Sequence record: KT184316.1
Direction: 5' to 3' (one strand)
DNA from: Enterobacteria phage XTG1
DNA: 64,000 bases
The notes under the pieces are model-generated. The model worked only from the letters and a program-made list of their open reading frames with translations, searched no databases and was not told where the DNA came from. Position numbers and translations under genes: made by a program. Positions 19,427 through 30,078 of the stretch are shown here, one piece after another (the stretch's first letter is position 1; every line of letters begins with the position of its first letter).

Positions 19427-19576
19427 ATGAAACACTCTAAAGCATTTGAAAAAGTTTTTGGGGACTCTTTAAAAGCCACTGCTGGAAAACCAGCAAAATA
19501 CTATGAAGAAAAACGTGTAAGAACTGGAAAAACTGCACGTAAAGCAGCTTCTAAAGATAAGCACAACTTCCAGTAA
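19427..19576 (+). CDS. Small basic protein (49 aa)
   Basis: Found by reading the sequence; SD ggag 8 nt upstream; below the track's size cutoff. Confidence 0.3.
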   Translation: MKHSKAFEKVFGDSLKATAGKPAKYYEEKRVRTGKTARKAASKDKHNFQ

Positions 19577-19583
19577 TTAATGT

Positions 19584-19612
19584 TTGACAATAGAGTATCA
19601 ACAAATTAGAAT
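19584..19612 (+). promoter_or_regulatory. Sigma70-like promoter TTGACA-17-TAGAAT
   Basis: TTGACA 19584-19589, TAGAAT 19607-19612; upstream of the SSB-like gene. Confidence 0.5.
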
Positions 19613-19648
19613 TGGTACTCTTCATAAATTGAGATAGAGGTTTAAATA

Positions 19649-20506
19649 ATGTCTAAAGTTGTTAAAATGAAAGCTCCGGTAGAGAAGTACAATGGTACTG
19701 AACGTCAAACTCTGCGTTACCTGCTGAAAGATGTCTGGTTTTATTACCTGAATACTTCACCACGTCCGGGAAAAGGTAAGTCTATTGATAAGAAATTCCC
19801 AGGAAAAGATTGTAACTACAGCGTATCAATTCTGGCAGAAGACGGTAACAAACTGTTTAAAGAGTTTACTAAGTCTAAGAAAAATCCAGAAGGATGGGAT
19901 AAAGTTACTACTGAAGCAGTTGATGCAGACGACTTCGAAGAGAAGTTTGGTTGTAAACCACCTTTTGAAGCAGACACTTACTACATCTTGAAAGTAAGTC
20001 GTGCAGCAGCTTATAAAGACGGTGCTGTATGGACAGCTAAACAGTCATTCCCTGTGATGCTGATTGAAGAAGTAAATGGTAAGCGTGTAGCTGTTAAACA
20101 GCCGATGAAGAAAATCAAAGCTCAAGCATCTGATAAACATGAAGATGACAAGAACTATGATGTAATTCATCCAGATATTGCAGTCGGTAACGGTTCTTTT
20201 GGTAGTGTGATTCTTTCTACTCACTTCTACACTTTTGAGAACAATGTTCTGACAAAACCTATTCAGGAACAGTTTATCATTGATACTCTTGTACCTTACA
20301 CTGGTGGTAACGGTGCTAATGGTGAACCTGAACTGGATGAAGATGAACTGGCTATGCTTGGTCTTGATGGTGTTGAAGATAACGGTGAAATCACTGAAGA
20401 AGACGCAACAGACCATAAACCTTCGAATGCTTCTGATGATGGTGACGATGAAGACTTGCCAGACCCAGATGACGAAGAAGATGAAGACTTCGATACAGAA
20501 GACTAA
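19649..20506 (+). CDS. Single-stranded DNA-binding protein (T7 gp2.5-like, inferred)
   Basis: 285 aa with a strongly acidic C-terminal tail (…DDEDLPDPDDEEDEDFDTED) and position beside the primase-helicase. Confidence 0.5.
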   Translation: MSKVVKMKAPVEKYNGTERQTLRYLLKDVWFYYLNTSPRPGKGKSIDKKFPGKDCNYSVSILAEDGNKLFKEFTKSKKNPEGWDKVTTEAVDADDFEEKFGCKPPFEADTYYILKVSRAAAYKDGAVWTAKQSFPVMLIEEVNGKRVAVKQPMKKIKAQASDKHEDDKNYDVIHPDIAVGNGSFGSVILSTHFYTFENNVLTKPIQEQFIIDTLVPYTGGNGANGEPELDEDELAMLGLDGVEDNGEITEEDATDHKPSNASDDGDDEDLPDPDDEEDEDFDTED

Positions 20507-20524
20507 TCTCTAAAAGTTACTTTA

Positions 20525-20551
20525 AAGCCCTGTACTCAGTATGGGGCTTTT
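20525..20551 (+). terminator. Terminator-like hairpin
   Basis: agccc…gggct hairpin then TTTTT. Confidence 0.4.
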
Positions 20552-20568
20552 TCATATGGAGAGCCATA

Positions 20569-21609
20569 ATGGAGAAGTACACATTAACAAAACTTCCCGA
20601 TTCAGTTACACATGTTTTTATTGACTCTGACAGTATTGCCTACAAAGGTGCTTGTGTAGTTGAGAAAGCAAAATATAAATATGTCAATAAACTCACAGCA
20701 GAAGAATCTGAGCCATTTGATAATGCGAAAGATGCTGCAAGATGGTTAGCAGACCAGAGAATCCTTGTGGAAGAACTTGGCCTGACATTTGATGAAGATG
20801 AATGGGAAAGACAGACTTGGAAAGAAGCTAAGAGTGAAAAAGAAGCTATCATGGCTACTCAACAGGTGCTTCAGGAATGGCTTAAGGTTGTTGGGAAAGA
20901 AAGAACTTGGGTAGGTTATTTAACAGAGAAAGGTGTACATAAACATAAAGACATTAAAGGTCTTGAGCACCAATATCAAGGTAACCGTAAAGATGCTGTC
21001 ACACCAACACACTTAGTTGCTTGTCGTGAGTATCTTCTGTCAAGACCAGAGTTCAAACTCTTAAAGGGTGGCTTCGAAGCCGATTCAATCGTAATTGCTA
21101 AAGCTGAAAAGATGGGTAAGAAAGCTGCTCTTATGAGTATTGACAAAGACCTTCGACAAGCTGAAGGAACTTATTGTATTGATATGACTTATGAAAAGTC
21201 ACCACTAATTTTTATCGCTGATAATAATGTTGGTGATATCTGGGATTGTCCTATCAAATCAAAACCAAAAGCTGCAAAAACAGTTGGTGTAGGTTTTAAA
21301 TTCTTGTGTTATCAGGCTGTTGCTGGAGATAATGCAGACAACTACTTCGGCCTAAAAGGTGCTGGTAAAGTAGCTGTGATGAATGCTTTAGATGGTAAAG
21401 AGACCTACAAAGAGTGTCTTGACGCTATCTATGAACTCTATGCTAAAAAAGACTCTTATACCTATGTGTCATGGGATGGACAGACTGTTACAAAGACACC
21501 GTTAGAGTTAATGGAACAGCATTTCTGGATAGCATATCAAGAGAGAAATCCAAAAGACAATTTCTCTTTCAAGAAATATAATTGGGAGCCGTGTATGAAT
21601 GAAGATTAA
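20569..21609 (+). CDS. 5'-3' exonuclease / RNase H (FEN-like)
   Basis: Acidic motifs VFIDSDSIAYK, EADSIVIA, LMSIDKDLRQ parallel the T4 RNase H / FEN active-site clusters. Confidence 0.55.
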   Translation: MEKYTLTKLPDSVTHVFIDSDSIAYKGACVVEKAKYKYVNKLTAEESEPFDNAKDAARWLADQRILVEELGLTFDEDEWERQTWKEAKSEKEAIMATQQVLQEWLKVVGKERTWVGYLTEKGVHKHKDIKGLEHQYQGNRKDAVTPTHLVACREYLLSRPEFKLLKGGFEADSIVIAKAEKMGKKAALMSIDKDLRQAEGTYCIDMTYEKSPLIFIADNNVGDIWDCPIKSKPKAAKTVGVGFKFLCYQAVAGDNADNYFGLKGAGKVAVMNALDGKETYKECLDAIYELYAKKDSYTYVSWDGQTVTKTPLELMEQHFWIAYQERNPKDNFSFKKYNWEPCMNED

Positions 21610-22096
21610 AGGATTTGGCAATTGCCCTACCTACGGTCATTGGGTATCTTTATGTGGGGAAGTTGACCCCACTAAACATTTTGGCTTTGTCTATTTAGTA
21701 CACTGTAAGAAGACTGGACAATATTATATCGGAAAGAAACAGCTTAATAGTGTGACTAAAAGAAAAGTTGCTGGCAAGACTCGGAAGAAGGTAGTCACTA
21801 AGGAGAGTGATTGGATGACTTACGAAACCTCTTCTGAGTATATTAAAAAAGATATTGAAAGCTTTGGAAAAGAATCTTTTGATTTTTACATTATTCAAAC
21901 CTACTACACAAAAGGTGGTCTAGTCTATGGTGAAGCAAACCTCCAACATAAATTCGATGTAATGACAAAAAGGATTGACTCTAATCTCAGACTCTTCTAC
22001 AATGCCAATATTGCAGCAATTAAGTTTATTACTAAAGAAACTTATGAAGATGCTGAAAAAAGAATCCATAAGGTAATGAAAGCAAATTGTGCTTGA
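21599..22096 (+). CDS. GIY-YIG-like nuclease domain protein (tentative)
   Basis: GFVYLV…TGQYYIGKK resembles the GIY…YIG motif; overlaps the upstream gene by 11 nt; other GIY-YIG residues not clearly seen. Confidence 0.35.
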   Translation: MKIKGFGNCPTYGHWVSLCGEVDPTKHFGFVYLVHCKKTGQYYIGKKQLNSVTKRKVAGKTRKKVVTKESDWMTYETSSEYIKKDIESFGKESFDFYIIQTYYTKGGLVYGEANLQHKFDVMTKRIDSNLRLFYNANIAAIKFITKETYEDAEKRIHKVMKANCA

Positions 22097-22102
22097 TAAC
22101 TA

Positions 22103-22348
22103 TTGAGAGAGAATAAAATGTTTAACAAAAGTAAAGCTGTGAGTCATGTAGCAAAGGTTGACAGCAAGATTGAAGAACTTGAGCGCATTCTTGCAAATGC
22201 CAGAGAGTCAATAATTAAAGAAGTTGAAGCTGTTGAATCCCAAATGCAGCACCTAATGCTTAAACGTCAAGAGTTACGTGAGCATCTGGAATATATTGAA
22301 ACACGAGAGCTAAAAGTTAACAGATTTTTAAGGAGTCCGAATGTTTAA
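22103..22348 (+). CDS. Hypothetical coiled-coil protein
   Basis: 81-aa ORF. Confidence 0.35.
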   Translation: MRENKMFNKSKAVSHVAKVDSKIEELERILANARESIIKEVEAVESQMQHLMLKRQELREHLEYIETRELKVNRFLRSPNV

Positions 22349-23096
22349 CTCAAGAGAATCAGTAAAAAACTGGAATCTTCGTTGCGGAAACACCCAAAAG
22401 CAACCTTACAGTGATGAGTATTGGGAATCTTTGAAATCCCAGTCTCTGTGTATGCTTGAAGAAGCAAAAGAGCTTGTAAAAGCAATTGAAGAGAAAGACC
22501 CCATTGAGACATTGGATGCTCAGGCAGATTTGCAATATGTTCTTGACGGTTTGATTTACCTGTCACAACATGACCACAACGGAGCTATGGAAGCTGTTTG
22601 CCATAATAATGACCTGAAGTACACAGGTGACTATGAAGAAGCTTTAAAACGTCTTGCAGACATTGAAAAGCGTACTGGTCAAGAGTGTATTATTCGAATG
22701 TCAGTGGTTGATGGTAAAGAGTGGTATGCGATTGTCCGTGCAGCCGATGGGAAGATTATGAAGCAATCAAATCTCCCTAAAGTACAGCTTGGTGAATACA
22801 TTGTAGAGCTTGAAAGCCAAGAACTTTTTGTGGTAGTATCTGAGACATGCGTTATCTGCAAAGGTATTGTAGGTAGCTTAAAGGATTTGGGTGTAGATGG
22901 TTTTGTAGAAGTTAATCCAATTACCTCTAAAGCAGATAAAGACTTCTGTAAAGAGAATGGACTATGGATTGCAGATATTGTCTACTATGATGGTGAGCAG
23001 TTCCATGTAACCTCATACCCGAAACTGAATTATGATGCTAATAACCTGAAGTGCTGGTTAAAAGGGGTTGGTTATAATGGATTCACAGAACATTAA
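22341..23096 (+). CDS. MazG-like NTP pyrophosphohydrolase domain protein (tentative)
   Basis: N-terminal EEAKELVKAIEE…DAQADLQYVLDGL resembles the MazG/HisE E-x-x-E…D metal-binding helix pair. Confidence 0.4.
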   Translation: MFNSRESVKNWNLRCGNTQKQPYSDEYWESLKSQSLCMLEEAKELVKAIEEKDPIETLDAQADLQYVLDGLIYLSQHDHNGAMEAVCHNNDLKYTGDYEEALKRLADIEKRTGQECIIRMSVVDGKEWYAIVRAADGKIMKQSNLPKVQLGEYIVELESQELFVVVSETCVICKGIVGSLKDLGVDGFVEVNPITSKADKDFCKENGLWIADIVYYDGEQFHVTSYPKLNYDANNLKCWLKGVGYNGFTEH

Positions 23097-23400
23097 TAAA
23101 GAGGGTGTGGCTCAGAAGAGCCACTTCTCAAACTACAATATTTCTATGACGGTGTTTATGAATGACCCGTTACTTGAAAAGTATGGTGAGACTCCAGATA
23201 CACTTCTGGATAATGAACAAGTTTTAAAAGCAGTCCTGTACAAATACGGGATTGACATTGAGAAAGAGTATTCTTTTGAAATCTGCCAACACAGGAATAC
23301 TTTTGGTAAAGTTGTGATGGCTCCACTTTTTATGGGTGTAGAAAGGACTGACTACGGTTGGTTATATCTAAAAAGAAACTTGGAGAAATACCGTGTTTAA
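23068..23400 (+). CDS. Hypothetical protein
   Basis: 110-aa ORF. Confidence 0.4.
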   Translation: MVIMDSQNINKEGVAQKSHFSNYNISMTVFMNDPLLEKYGETPDTLLDNEQVLKAVLYKYGIDIEKEYSFEICQHRNTFGKVVMAPLFMGVERTDYGWLYLKRNLEKYRV

Positions 23401-23728
23401 AGCAAAGAAGTTAGATTACGATGCCATTATCTCTGGTGCTAAATTAGGTGTTGACAGTCTCGGACGGGACGTTAAACACGGAGACACAGTTATGTACTGT
23501 GATGACCGAAGAGGAAGAAGTGCAATCTTGTTTGGAAAAGTTGTATGTAAAATACGCGGTAATTATGTTGTTTCAGATATGGATGGCAACGTCGCACAAA
23601 AGCTCAAAATAATCATGGATAGCAAGACTCCATCATGGCTCTTAAATTGTATGCACGCTTCATCTATCACAAAAGTAAGTGATAAGTTTTACGATATGTG
23701 GCAGAATGAGCAAATTTTCAAGATTTAA
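23393..23728 (+). CDS. Hypothetical protein
   Basis: 111-aa ORF. Confidence 0.4.
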   Translation: MFKAKKLDYDAIISGAKLGVDSLGRDVKHGDTVMYCDDRRGRSAILFGKVVCKIRGNYVVSDMDGNVAQKLKIIMDSKTPSWLLNCMHASSITKVSDKFYDMWQNEQIFKI

Positions 23729-23732
23729 ACTA

Positions 23733-23757
23733 GGGAGCCTCTTCGGAGGCTCTTTTC
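23733..23757 (+). terminator. Intrinsic terminator
   Basis: gagcctc-ttcg-gaggctc hairpin + TTTT. Confidence 0.6.
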
Positions 23758-23774
23758 ATCTGTAGGATTCGAAA

Positions 23775-26009
23775 ATGATTAAGACAATTAAAAAATCAAA
23801 TGGTACAGTAGTAAGCTTTGACCCAGAAAGACTGAATAAGTGGGCATCATGGGCAGATAAACGTGGAATTATCTGGTCAGAAGTCACTATGGAAGCTATG
23901 AAACGTGTCTATGAGGGTTGCACTACAAAAGAGATGCACCAAGCCATGATTGATGTTTGTGTTGATAAACAAACTCAAGAGTACTCAGATATGGCTGGAC
24001 GACTGCTTTTGGGTATTATCTACAAAGAAGCCTTTGGAGGCTTTACTAAGGTTCCTACGCTGATTACCTTCGTTAAAAATATGGAGAGAGCAGGACTTTG
24101 GGAGAAGATGGATTATTCACAGGAAGAGCTTGAATACCTGCAAGGTTACATCGTGCACTCAAAAGATATCTCTTACGGTTATGCAGTCTTGAAACAGTTC
24201 AGAGACAAGTACGGTATCCGTGATATTAAAACGGGAAGACTGTTTGAGTCACCACAATTTATGTTTATGGGTATGGCTATGAAAGCCTTTGAGAAGCAAC
24301 CAAAGCACCGTAGACTGCAAGATGTTATCAAGCTGTACACTTACTTATCTGACCTGAAGATTAACGCTCCTACGCCCTATTTAAACGGGTTAAGAGCAAC
24401 TAAATCAGGTTATGCGTCATGCTGTTTGATTAAGGCAAATGATACTGCTGAGTCTCTTGGTATTGCTGCAAAGGTTGCTTATGATATGACCACAAAGCAA
24501 GCTGGTATTGGTATGCTGATGGAGACACGTACTATTGGTGATGGTATCCGTCAAAATACGATTGAGCACATGGGTAAACTACCTTATTACAAGCTTGTAC
24601 GTTCATCTGTAGAGGCAAACAAACAGAAGAGTCGTGGCGGTTCAGCTAATAACTTCTACACTGCTCTAGACCCGCAGATTGAAGATTTACTGCGTTTGAA
24701 GCACCCTACAACGGTTCCTTCTAAACGTATTAATGAGATGGACTATTCATTCGGCACAAACGATTATTTCTGGCAGTGTGTTCAGTATGATACAGATTGG
24801 TTGCTATTCTCTTACAAAGATGCACCAAAACTCTATGACATGTTCTACACAGCATCTGCTGATGAGTTTGCTATGGCAGTTGGTCACGCAGTACATTCAG
24901 GAGTTAAGCACAGACGAGTAAAGGCTCGTGAAATTGCCAAGCTGTTTATTCAACAGCGTTATGCTACAGGTCGTGTGTATCCATTCTTCACTAACAATGC
25001 GAACACACATACACCATTTAAAGAACCATTGAAGATGTCAAATCTTTGTATGGAAATTGTGTTGCCAGTGTATGGTTTTGAGAAAGAGACAGACCTTTAC
25101 AGAGACGATGCTGTGAAAGAGGATGGTGAGGTGGCTCTTTGCTTCCTAGCTAGTTTGGTTGCAGGGAGAATTTCAGAAGATGAATACGCTGACGTTGCTT
25201 ATTATGCTCTTGCAATGGTTGACTCCGTTATTGACCTTATGGATTATCCGTATCCGTCGATGCGTAACCATGTTCAGAAGCGTCGTTCTGTTGGGATTGG
25301 CCTTACAAATGTGGCTCATTACCTTGCGAAGAACTACGTGAACTACTCTTCACGAGCAGGTAAGACGAAGCTTCATGAGCTTGCTGAAATGCACTCTTAC
25401 TACTTACACGAAGCTTCTTTAAGACTTGCTAAAGAACGTGGTGTACCTGAGTATATGCAGTTCACTAAGTATCCTGAAGGCTGGGTTCCTCCAAAGACAG
25501 CTAACAAGAAGATTGATGAGAAGCATGATGCAAAACTTCGTTATGATTGGGATGACTTAGCACAACGTATTAAAGAAAATGGTGGAATCCGTAACTCTGT
25601 ATTAGAGGCTTACATGCCTAATGAGAGTTCTTCACTGGCAACTAATACGACAAACGGCTTGTACCCAATTCGTGACTTTATTTTAACTAAAAAGTCTGCA
25701 ACTGGTAACGTACTGTTTATTGTTCCAGATTACGAAGAGTTGAAGTATGTCTATGAAATTGCTTGGGATATTGACACCTTTGACCTGATTGATTGTTATG
25801 CAATTGTTCAAAAGTTCACTGGTCAAGCTATCTCTTCAGATTTCTATGTTGACTACGCAAAAGCTAAGAAGGTATCATTGGCTCAAGCTTTGAAGTACAT
25901 GATTTATGCTAACTCAGTAGGTATGAAAACTATGTACTACCTTAACAGTCGCATTGGTGTAGGTAAATCTGCACTGCAAGATGCTTATTGCGAGGGTTGT
26001 GGTGTTTAG
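23775..26009 (+). CDS. nrdA: Ribonucleotide reductase class Ia large subunit
   Basis: 744 aa; N-terminal ATP-cone-like region and RNR large-subunit length/composition; followed by nrdB. Confidence 0.9.
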   Translation: MIKTIKKSNGTVVSFDPERLNKWASWADKRGIIWSEVTMEAMKRVYEGCTTKEMHQAMIDVCVDKQTQEYSDMAGRLLLGIIYKEAFGGFTKVPTLITFVKNMERAGLWEKMDYSQEELEYLQGYIVHSKDISYGYAVLKQFRDKYGIRDIKTGRLFESPQFMFMGMAMKAFEKQPKHRRLQDVIKLYTYLSDLKINAPTPYLNGLRATKSGYASCCLIKANDTAESLGIAAKVAYDMTTKQAGIGMLMETRTIGDGIRQNTIEHMGKLPYYKLVRSSVEANKQKSRGGSANNFYTALDPQIEDLLRLKHPTTVPSKRINEMDYSFGTNDYFWQCVQYDTDWLLFSYKDAPKLYDMFYTASADEFAMAVGHAVHSGVKHRRVKAREIAKLFIQQRYATGRVYPFFTNNANTHTPFKEPLKMSNLCMEIVLPVYGFEKETDLYRDDAVKEDGEVALCFLASLVAGRISEDEYADVAYYALAMVDSVIDLMDYPYPSMRNHVQKRRSVGIGLTNVAHYLAKNYVNYSSRAGKTKLHELAEMHSYYLHEASLRLAKERGVPEYMQFTKYPEGWVPPKTANKKIDEKHDAKLRYDWDDLAQRIKENGGIRNSVLEAYMPNESSSLATNTTNGLYPIRDFILTKKSATGNVLFIVPDYEELKYVYEIAWDIDTFDLIDCYAIVQKFTGQAISSDFYVDYAKAKKVSLAQALKYMIYANSVGMKTMYYLNSRIGVGKSALQDAYCEGCGV

Positions 26010-26064
26010 TTTTAATAACTATGAGGGTCGTAAAAGACCCTCTAAAATTAACTTTGGAGAGACT

Positions 26065-26322
26065 ATGAAAGACTTAATAGCAAATCACGAATGGCCCATA
26101 TACTTGTTCCACAAACCTCGGAAAACGATGTACTATGTGAGTAGCACAGACATGATGATAAAACAAAATGATGACTCATGGGTCGATGGTGTCTCTTACA
26201 TCTCTACAGCAGATGGTAAAATCTATGCAAGACCTTATGACATGTTTAACAAAGAAAATTGGGAAGTTTTAGACAGAAAACAAGCCTTAGAGATGATAAA
26301 GAAAGGAGAAATCACGCTATGA
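26065..26322 (+). CDS. Hypothetical protein between nrdA and nrdB
   Basis: Start moved to ATG 26065 (SD ggagag); stop overlaps the nrdB start. Confidence 0.4.
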   Translation: MKDLIANHEWPIYLFHKPRKTMYYVSSTDMMIKQNDDSWVDGVSYISTADGKIYARPYDMFNKENWEVLDRKQALEMIKKGEITL

Positions 26323-27392
26323 TTAACCAACACCCAATCTTTTTAGGTGGTGAGAGAAAGACATTTGACTCACTTAACAAGCACTACCCAAAAATCTTTG
26401 AACTCTATAAACAACAAAAAGCACAAGACTGGTCAGAAGATGAGTTCCCTTTTGAACAATCACGTCTTGATTTTGAGAGTGTACCAGCATCAATGTCAGG
26501 TGTAATGCTTGAGATTCTTAAGTGGCAGTGGGAAGCAGATACCCAAGTTGCTAAGAGTTTAGCGTTTGCTTTTGCACCATTCATCTCTGATGACATTTAT
26601 GCAACTGCAATTATGAAGCAGTCTGAGATTGAAAACCTACATGCTCTTACTTACTCGGAGATTGTAAGACAGTGTATTAAAAATCCTGAAACAATCTTAG
26701 ATGAGATTAACCAGAACATTGCTGTACAAGACCGATTAAAAACTGTGAATCGTGTTCTTGAAGAATTACTGGATGAAGGTATAAACTATCGACTGAGTTA
26801 TGTCCGTGACTCACTTCTGGATAAAGACCCTTTGCACTTCCATAAAGTGATTCTGAAAGGGCTGTTTGCAGTGACTGCACTTGAAGGCATATCTTTTATG
26901 GCATCCTTTGCATGTACTTTTGCACTTGATGCTCAAGATAAATTTCAGGGTATTGCTCAAGCTGTCCAGAAAATTATGCTTGACGAAATCCTTCACACTA
27001 AAATTGATATTGAAGTTTTAAAAGAAACTTTAAGAGATGATGAATGGCAGAAAGCTTTTCAACAAATTCTTCCAGAGATTAAAGTAATCTTAGATGAAGT
27101 AGTTGAAAGTGAAGAGAAATGGTCGTATTATATCTTCTCCGAAGGACGTGCTGTAGTTGGCTTGAATACAAAGCTTCTTCATGAGTGGGTTTACTATAAT
27201 GCTGCCCCACTGTATGATATGTTTGGCATTCCCAGAGGTTTTGTAGCTCCTAAAGAACCACCTTTGAAGTACATGATTAAGAAGATGGAAATTGATAAAG
27301 AGCAGAATGCTAATCAGGAGCAACAGAACGGTGCGTACCTGTTGAATACTGTTGTAGATGATTTGAATAGTGGATTTTTAGAGGTTCCTTAA
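26319..27392 (+). CDS. nrdB: Ribonucleotide reductase class Ia small subunit
   Basis: Di-iron/tyrosyl-radical R2 architecture; start moved to ATG 26319 (SD aaaggag). Confidence 0.88.
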   Translation: MINQHPIFLGGERKTFDSLNKHYPKIFELYKQQKAQDWSEDEFPFEQSRLDFESVPASMSGVMLEILKWQWEADTQVAKSLAFAFAPFISDDIYATAIMKQSEIENLHALTYSEIVRQCIKNPETILDEINQNIAVQDRLKTVNRVLEELLDEGINYRLSYVRDSLLDKDPLHFHKVILKGLFAVTALEGISFMASFACTFALDAQDKFQGIAQAVQKIMLDEILHTKIDIEVLKETLRDDEWQKAFQQILPEIKVILDEVVESEEKWSYYIFSEGRAVVGLNTKLLHEWVYYNAAPLYDMFGIPRGFVAPKEPPLKYMIKKMEIDKEQNANQEQQNGAYLLNTVVDDLNSGFLEVP

Positions 27393-27634
27393 TGACTTAT
27401 GTAATTTACTCCAAAACTGGATGCCCTCAGTGTGAGACTGCAAAGAATTTTGCAAAAGCTCGTGGTATTGACCATGTTGTGAGAATGTTAGGGCAGGACT
27501 ATGAACTATCAGACCTGATGGATATTGCACAGATGCCAGTTCGTCAGATGCCATTCATCATGAAAACTGATGGACAAAACCTAAAACCTGTTGGAACGCT
27601 ACAGAATTTTATGGCAGAGGTGAATAATGCTTAA
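27392..27634 (+). CDS. Glutaredoxin-like protein (NrdH/NrdC-type RNR reductant)
   Basis: 80 aa; CPQC redox motif near N-terminus; directly follows nrdB. Confidence 0.7.
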   Translation: MTYVIYSKTGCPQCETAKNFAKARGIDHVVRMLGQDYELSDLMDIAQMPVRQMPFIMKTDGQNLKPVGTLQNFMAEVNNA

Positions 27635-27833
27635 ACGCCTTTGGGAAGGTCTGGTTGTTGATGCACCAGCCATTGTGATTGGTATGCTTGTTGTTAACCT
27701 ATTTACTGATTTTGAACAAGGTTCATTGTTTGGAGCCATGTTACTATGGGTTATCTTTGAAATATTAGAGATACAGTTAGGCATCACTGAAAAACTTAGA
27801 AAACTCGTTTCTAAGTTTTCTAAAAAGATTTAG
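27627..27833 (+). CDS. Small membrane protein
   Basis: 68 aa with a central hydrophobic helix. Confidence 0.35.
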   Translation: MLKRLWEGLVVDAPAIVIGMLVVNLFTDFEQGSLFGAMLLWVIFEILEIQLGITEKLRKLVSKFSKKI

Positions 27834-27838
27834 AATGA

Positions 27839-27863
27839 AAGGGTCTCTTCGGAGACCTTTTTA
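27839..27863 (+). terminator. Intrinsic terminator
   Basis: ggtctc-ttcg-gagacc hairpin + TTTTT. Confidence 0.6.
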
Positions 27864-27881
27864 GCATGTAAAGGGGCAATA

Positions 27882-30026
27882 ATGAACAAAGTACAGATTA
27901 TTAAAAAGAACGGCTCACTTGAAGAACCTGATATCAAAAAAGTTTTAGCAGCAGTAGCTAAGTCAGCTAACAGGGTTGGATATAAAGAACTTCCACCAGA
28001 TGTTACCCAAGCTCTTGAGTCAGCATTTATGAGGATTCTGGTAAAGTCCACTAAGCAGAATAATTTGCTAATTTCTGTAAATGATATTCACAGTATTGTT
28101 GAGGGTGCTTTGGCAGAAGTCAATCACGAGATTTATGAGTCTTACTCAACATATAGAAATTACCGTAAAGAAGTTGCTCAAAATTGGGATGAGCTTTACC
28201 AGAAGACCAAAGAGACACTCTTCTTAGGTGACCGAGAAAACGCTAATTTTGACAGCAGTTTAATTTCTACAAAAGGTTCAATTATTCGTGGTTATCTGAC
28301 TAAAGAAATCTTTAAACAGTACCACTTAACACCAGAGGAACTTGAAGCCATTGAAAAAGGGTTTATCTATATCCATGATTTAAGAGACCTAATTTTTGGT
28401 GGTATCAACTGTTGCCTGTTTGACATTGGTAAAGTCCTGAAAGGTGGCTTTGAAATGTCTGGCATCGAATATTGTGAACCGAAGTCTGTACTGTCAGCCT
28501 TACAGGTTATTGGTGACGTAGTACTTTCAGCAACTGCACAGCAATTTGGTGGTTTTACTTTAGCAGAGATTGATAAGGTACTTGTACCGTATGCTAAGAA
28601 GTCTCTACGCTATCATGCTGAGAAAGCATCATCTTATGGTATTCCTAAAGAGCATTACCACAATTATGTAACGGAGCAGTTACAAATTGAATTAACTCAA
28701 GGTTTTCAGTCACTTGAAATGAAACTGAACACTGTACCTTGTAGCCGTGGTGATTTCGCATTCACAACTTTAACATTTGGTTTACTTGACTCAGACATGT
28801 CTAATGAAGACAACCGGCTACAATACATGATTGCAAACACCATTCTTGATGTTCGCATGAATGGACAAGGTAAGAGTAAGAAGCCTGTTGTATTCCCTAA
28901 ACTGGTTTATATTCATGACCAGAAGAGACACGATGAGAATATCTGTCAAGGCCAACTGTACAGTAAAGCTATTGAGTGTTGCTCTAAAGCAATGTATCCA
29001 GATTTCTTAAGCGTATCTGGTCATGGTGCTGTAGCAGAGGCTTTTGAGCGTTCTGGCAAGGTAATTTCACCGATGGGTTGCAGAGCTTTCTTATCCCCAT
29101 ATCTTAACGAGAATGGAGAAGAGTTCTACGTTGGTCGTGCTAACATTGGTGCTGTGTCTTTGAACTTACCAATGATTTACCAGTGTTCTAAAGAGAATGG
29201 TTTAGATTTCTGGAAAGAGCTTGACAAGTACCTAGATATGATTCGCAGCTTCCACAAGAAACGCTACGAAATGATTGCTAATATGCCAGCAAGCTCTAAC
29301 CCTCTTGCATTCACACAAGGTGGTCTGTACAAAGGGACCAAGAAACCTACTGACAAGGTTGGTTGGGATATCGTGAAGTCTTTCACAGCTTCTTTTGGGG
29401 TTACTGCGCTTGATGAGTTATCTGTTCTTGCTGAAGGTAAACGGCTGCATGAAGTTGGGAGCTATAGTTTTGCATACGATGTTCTGGCATACATTAACAT
29501 GAAAACTGAAGAGTTTAAAAATGAAGATGGCTTCTTATATGCTGTCTATGGTACTCCAGCAGAATCACTTTGTGGAACTCAGCTAAAACAGTTCAGAGAA
29601 ATGTTTGGTGTTATCAAAGGTGTTTCTGACAAGGAATACTTTACAAACAGTTTCCATATGAATGTTGCAGCAGACATCTCACCATTTGAGAAGCAGGACT
29701 TAGAAGAGCCATTCTTCCATATCTGTAGAGGTGGCAGAATCCAGTATGTCAGGGTAGCTAACCCAGAAAACTTACCAGCACTTAAAAGCTGTATTACCAG
29801 AGGGATGTTGAAAGGTTTCTATCAGGGACTTAACTTTGACTTAGCAATCTGTGAGCATTGTGGTAACAGACCAAAATCAGATGTTGAAGAGTGTGAAGTT
29901 TGTCACTCACATGATATCTCTGTGATTAACAGGGTGTGTGGGTATCTTGGATGGACTAAGATTAAAGGTGAATCCCGAATGAACGATGCAAAAATCGCTG
30001 AGATTCGTGACAGAGTTTCTATGTAA
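27882..30026 (+). CDS. nrdD: Anaerobic ribonucleoside-triphosphate reductase
   Basis: 714 aa; C-terminal Cys cluster CEHCGN…CEVCH followed by glycyl-radical motif RVCGYLG. Confidence 0.93.
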   Translation: MNKVQIIKKNGSLEEPDIKKVLAAVAKSANRVGYKELPPDVTQALESAFMRILVKSTKQNNLLISVNDIHSIVEGALAEVNHEIYESYSTYRNYRKEVAQNWDELYQKTKETLFLGDRENANFDSSLISTKGSIIRGYLTKEIFKQYHLTPEELEAIEKGFIYIHDLRDLIFGGINCCLFDIGKVLKGGFEMSGIEYCEPKSVLSALQVIGDVVLSATAQQFGGFTLAEIDKVLVPYAKKSLRYHAEKASSYGIPKEHYHNYVTEQLQIELTQGFQSLEMKLNTVPCSRGDFAFTTLTFGLLDSDMSNEDNRLQYMIANTILDVRMNGQGKSKKPVVFPKLVYIHDQKRHDENICQGQLYSKAIECCSKAMYPDFLSVSGHGAVAEAFERSGKVISPMGCRAFLSPYLNENGEEFYVGRANIGAVSLNLPMIYQCSKENGLDFWKELDKYLDMIRSFHKKRYEMIANMPASSNPLAFTQGGLYKGTKKPTDKVGWDIVKSFTASFGVTALDELSVLAEGKRLHEVGSYSFAYDVLAYINMKTEEFKNEDGFLYAVYGTPAESLCGTQLKQFREMFGVIKGVSDKEYFTNSFHMNVAADISPFEKQDLEEPFFHICRGGRIQYVRVANPENLPALKSCITRGMLKGFYQGLNFDLAICEHCGNRPKSDVEECEVCHSHDISVINRVCGYLGWTKIKGESRMNDAKIAEIRDRVSM

Positions 30027-30039
30027 AACTTGACATGGT

Positions 30040-30078
30040 GGTGTGAGTCTTGATAGGCTTACATCACCTTTTTTTATT
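30040..30078 (+). terminator. Terminator-like hairpin after nrdD
   Basis: Imperfect hairpin followed by T7. Confidence 0.4.
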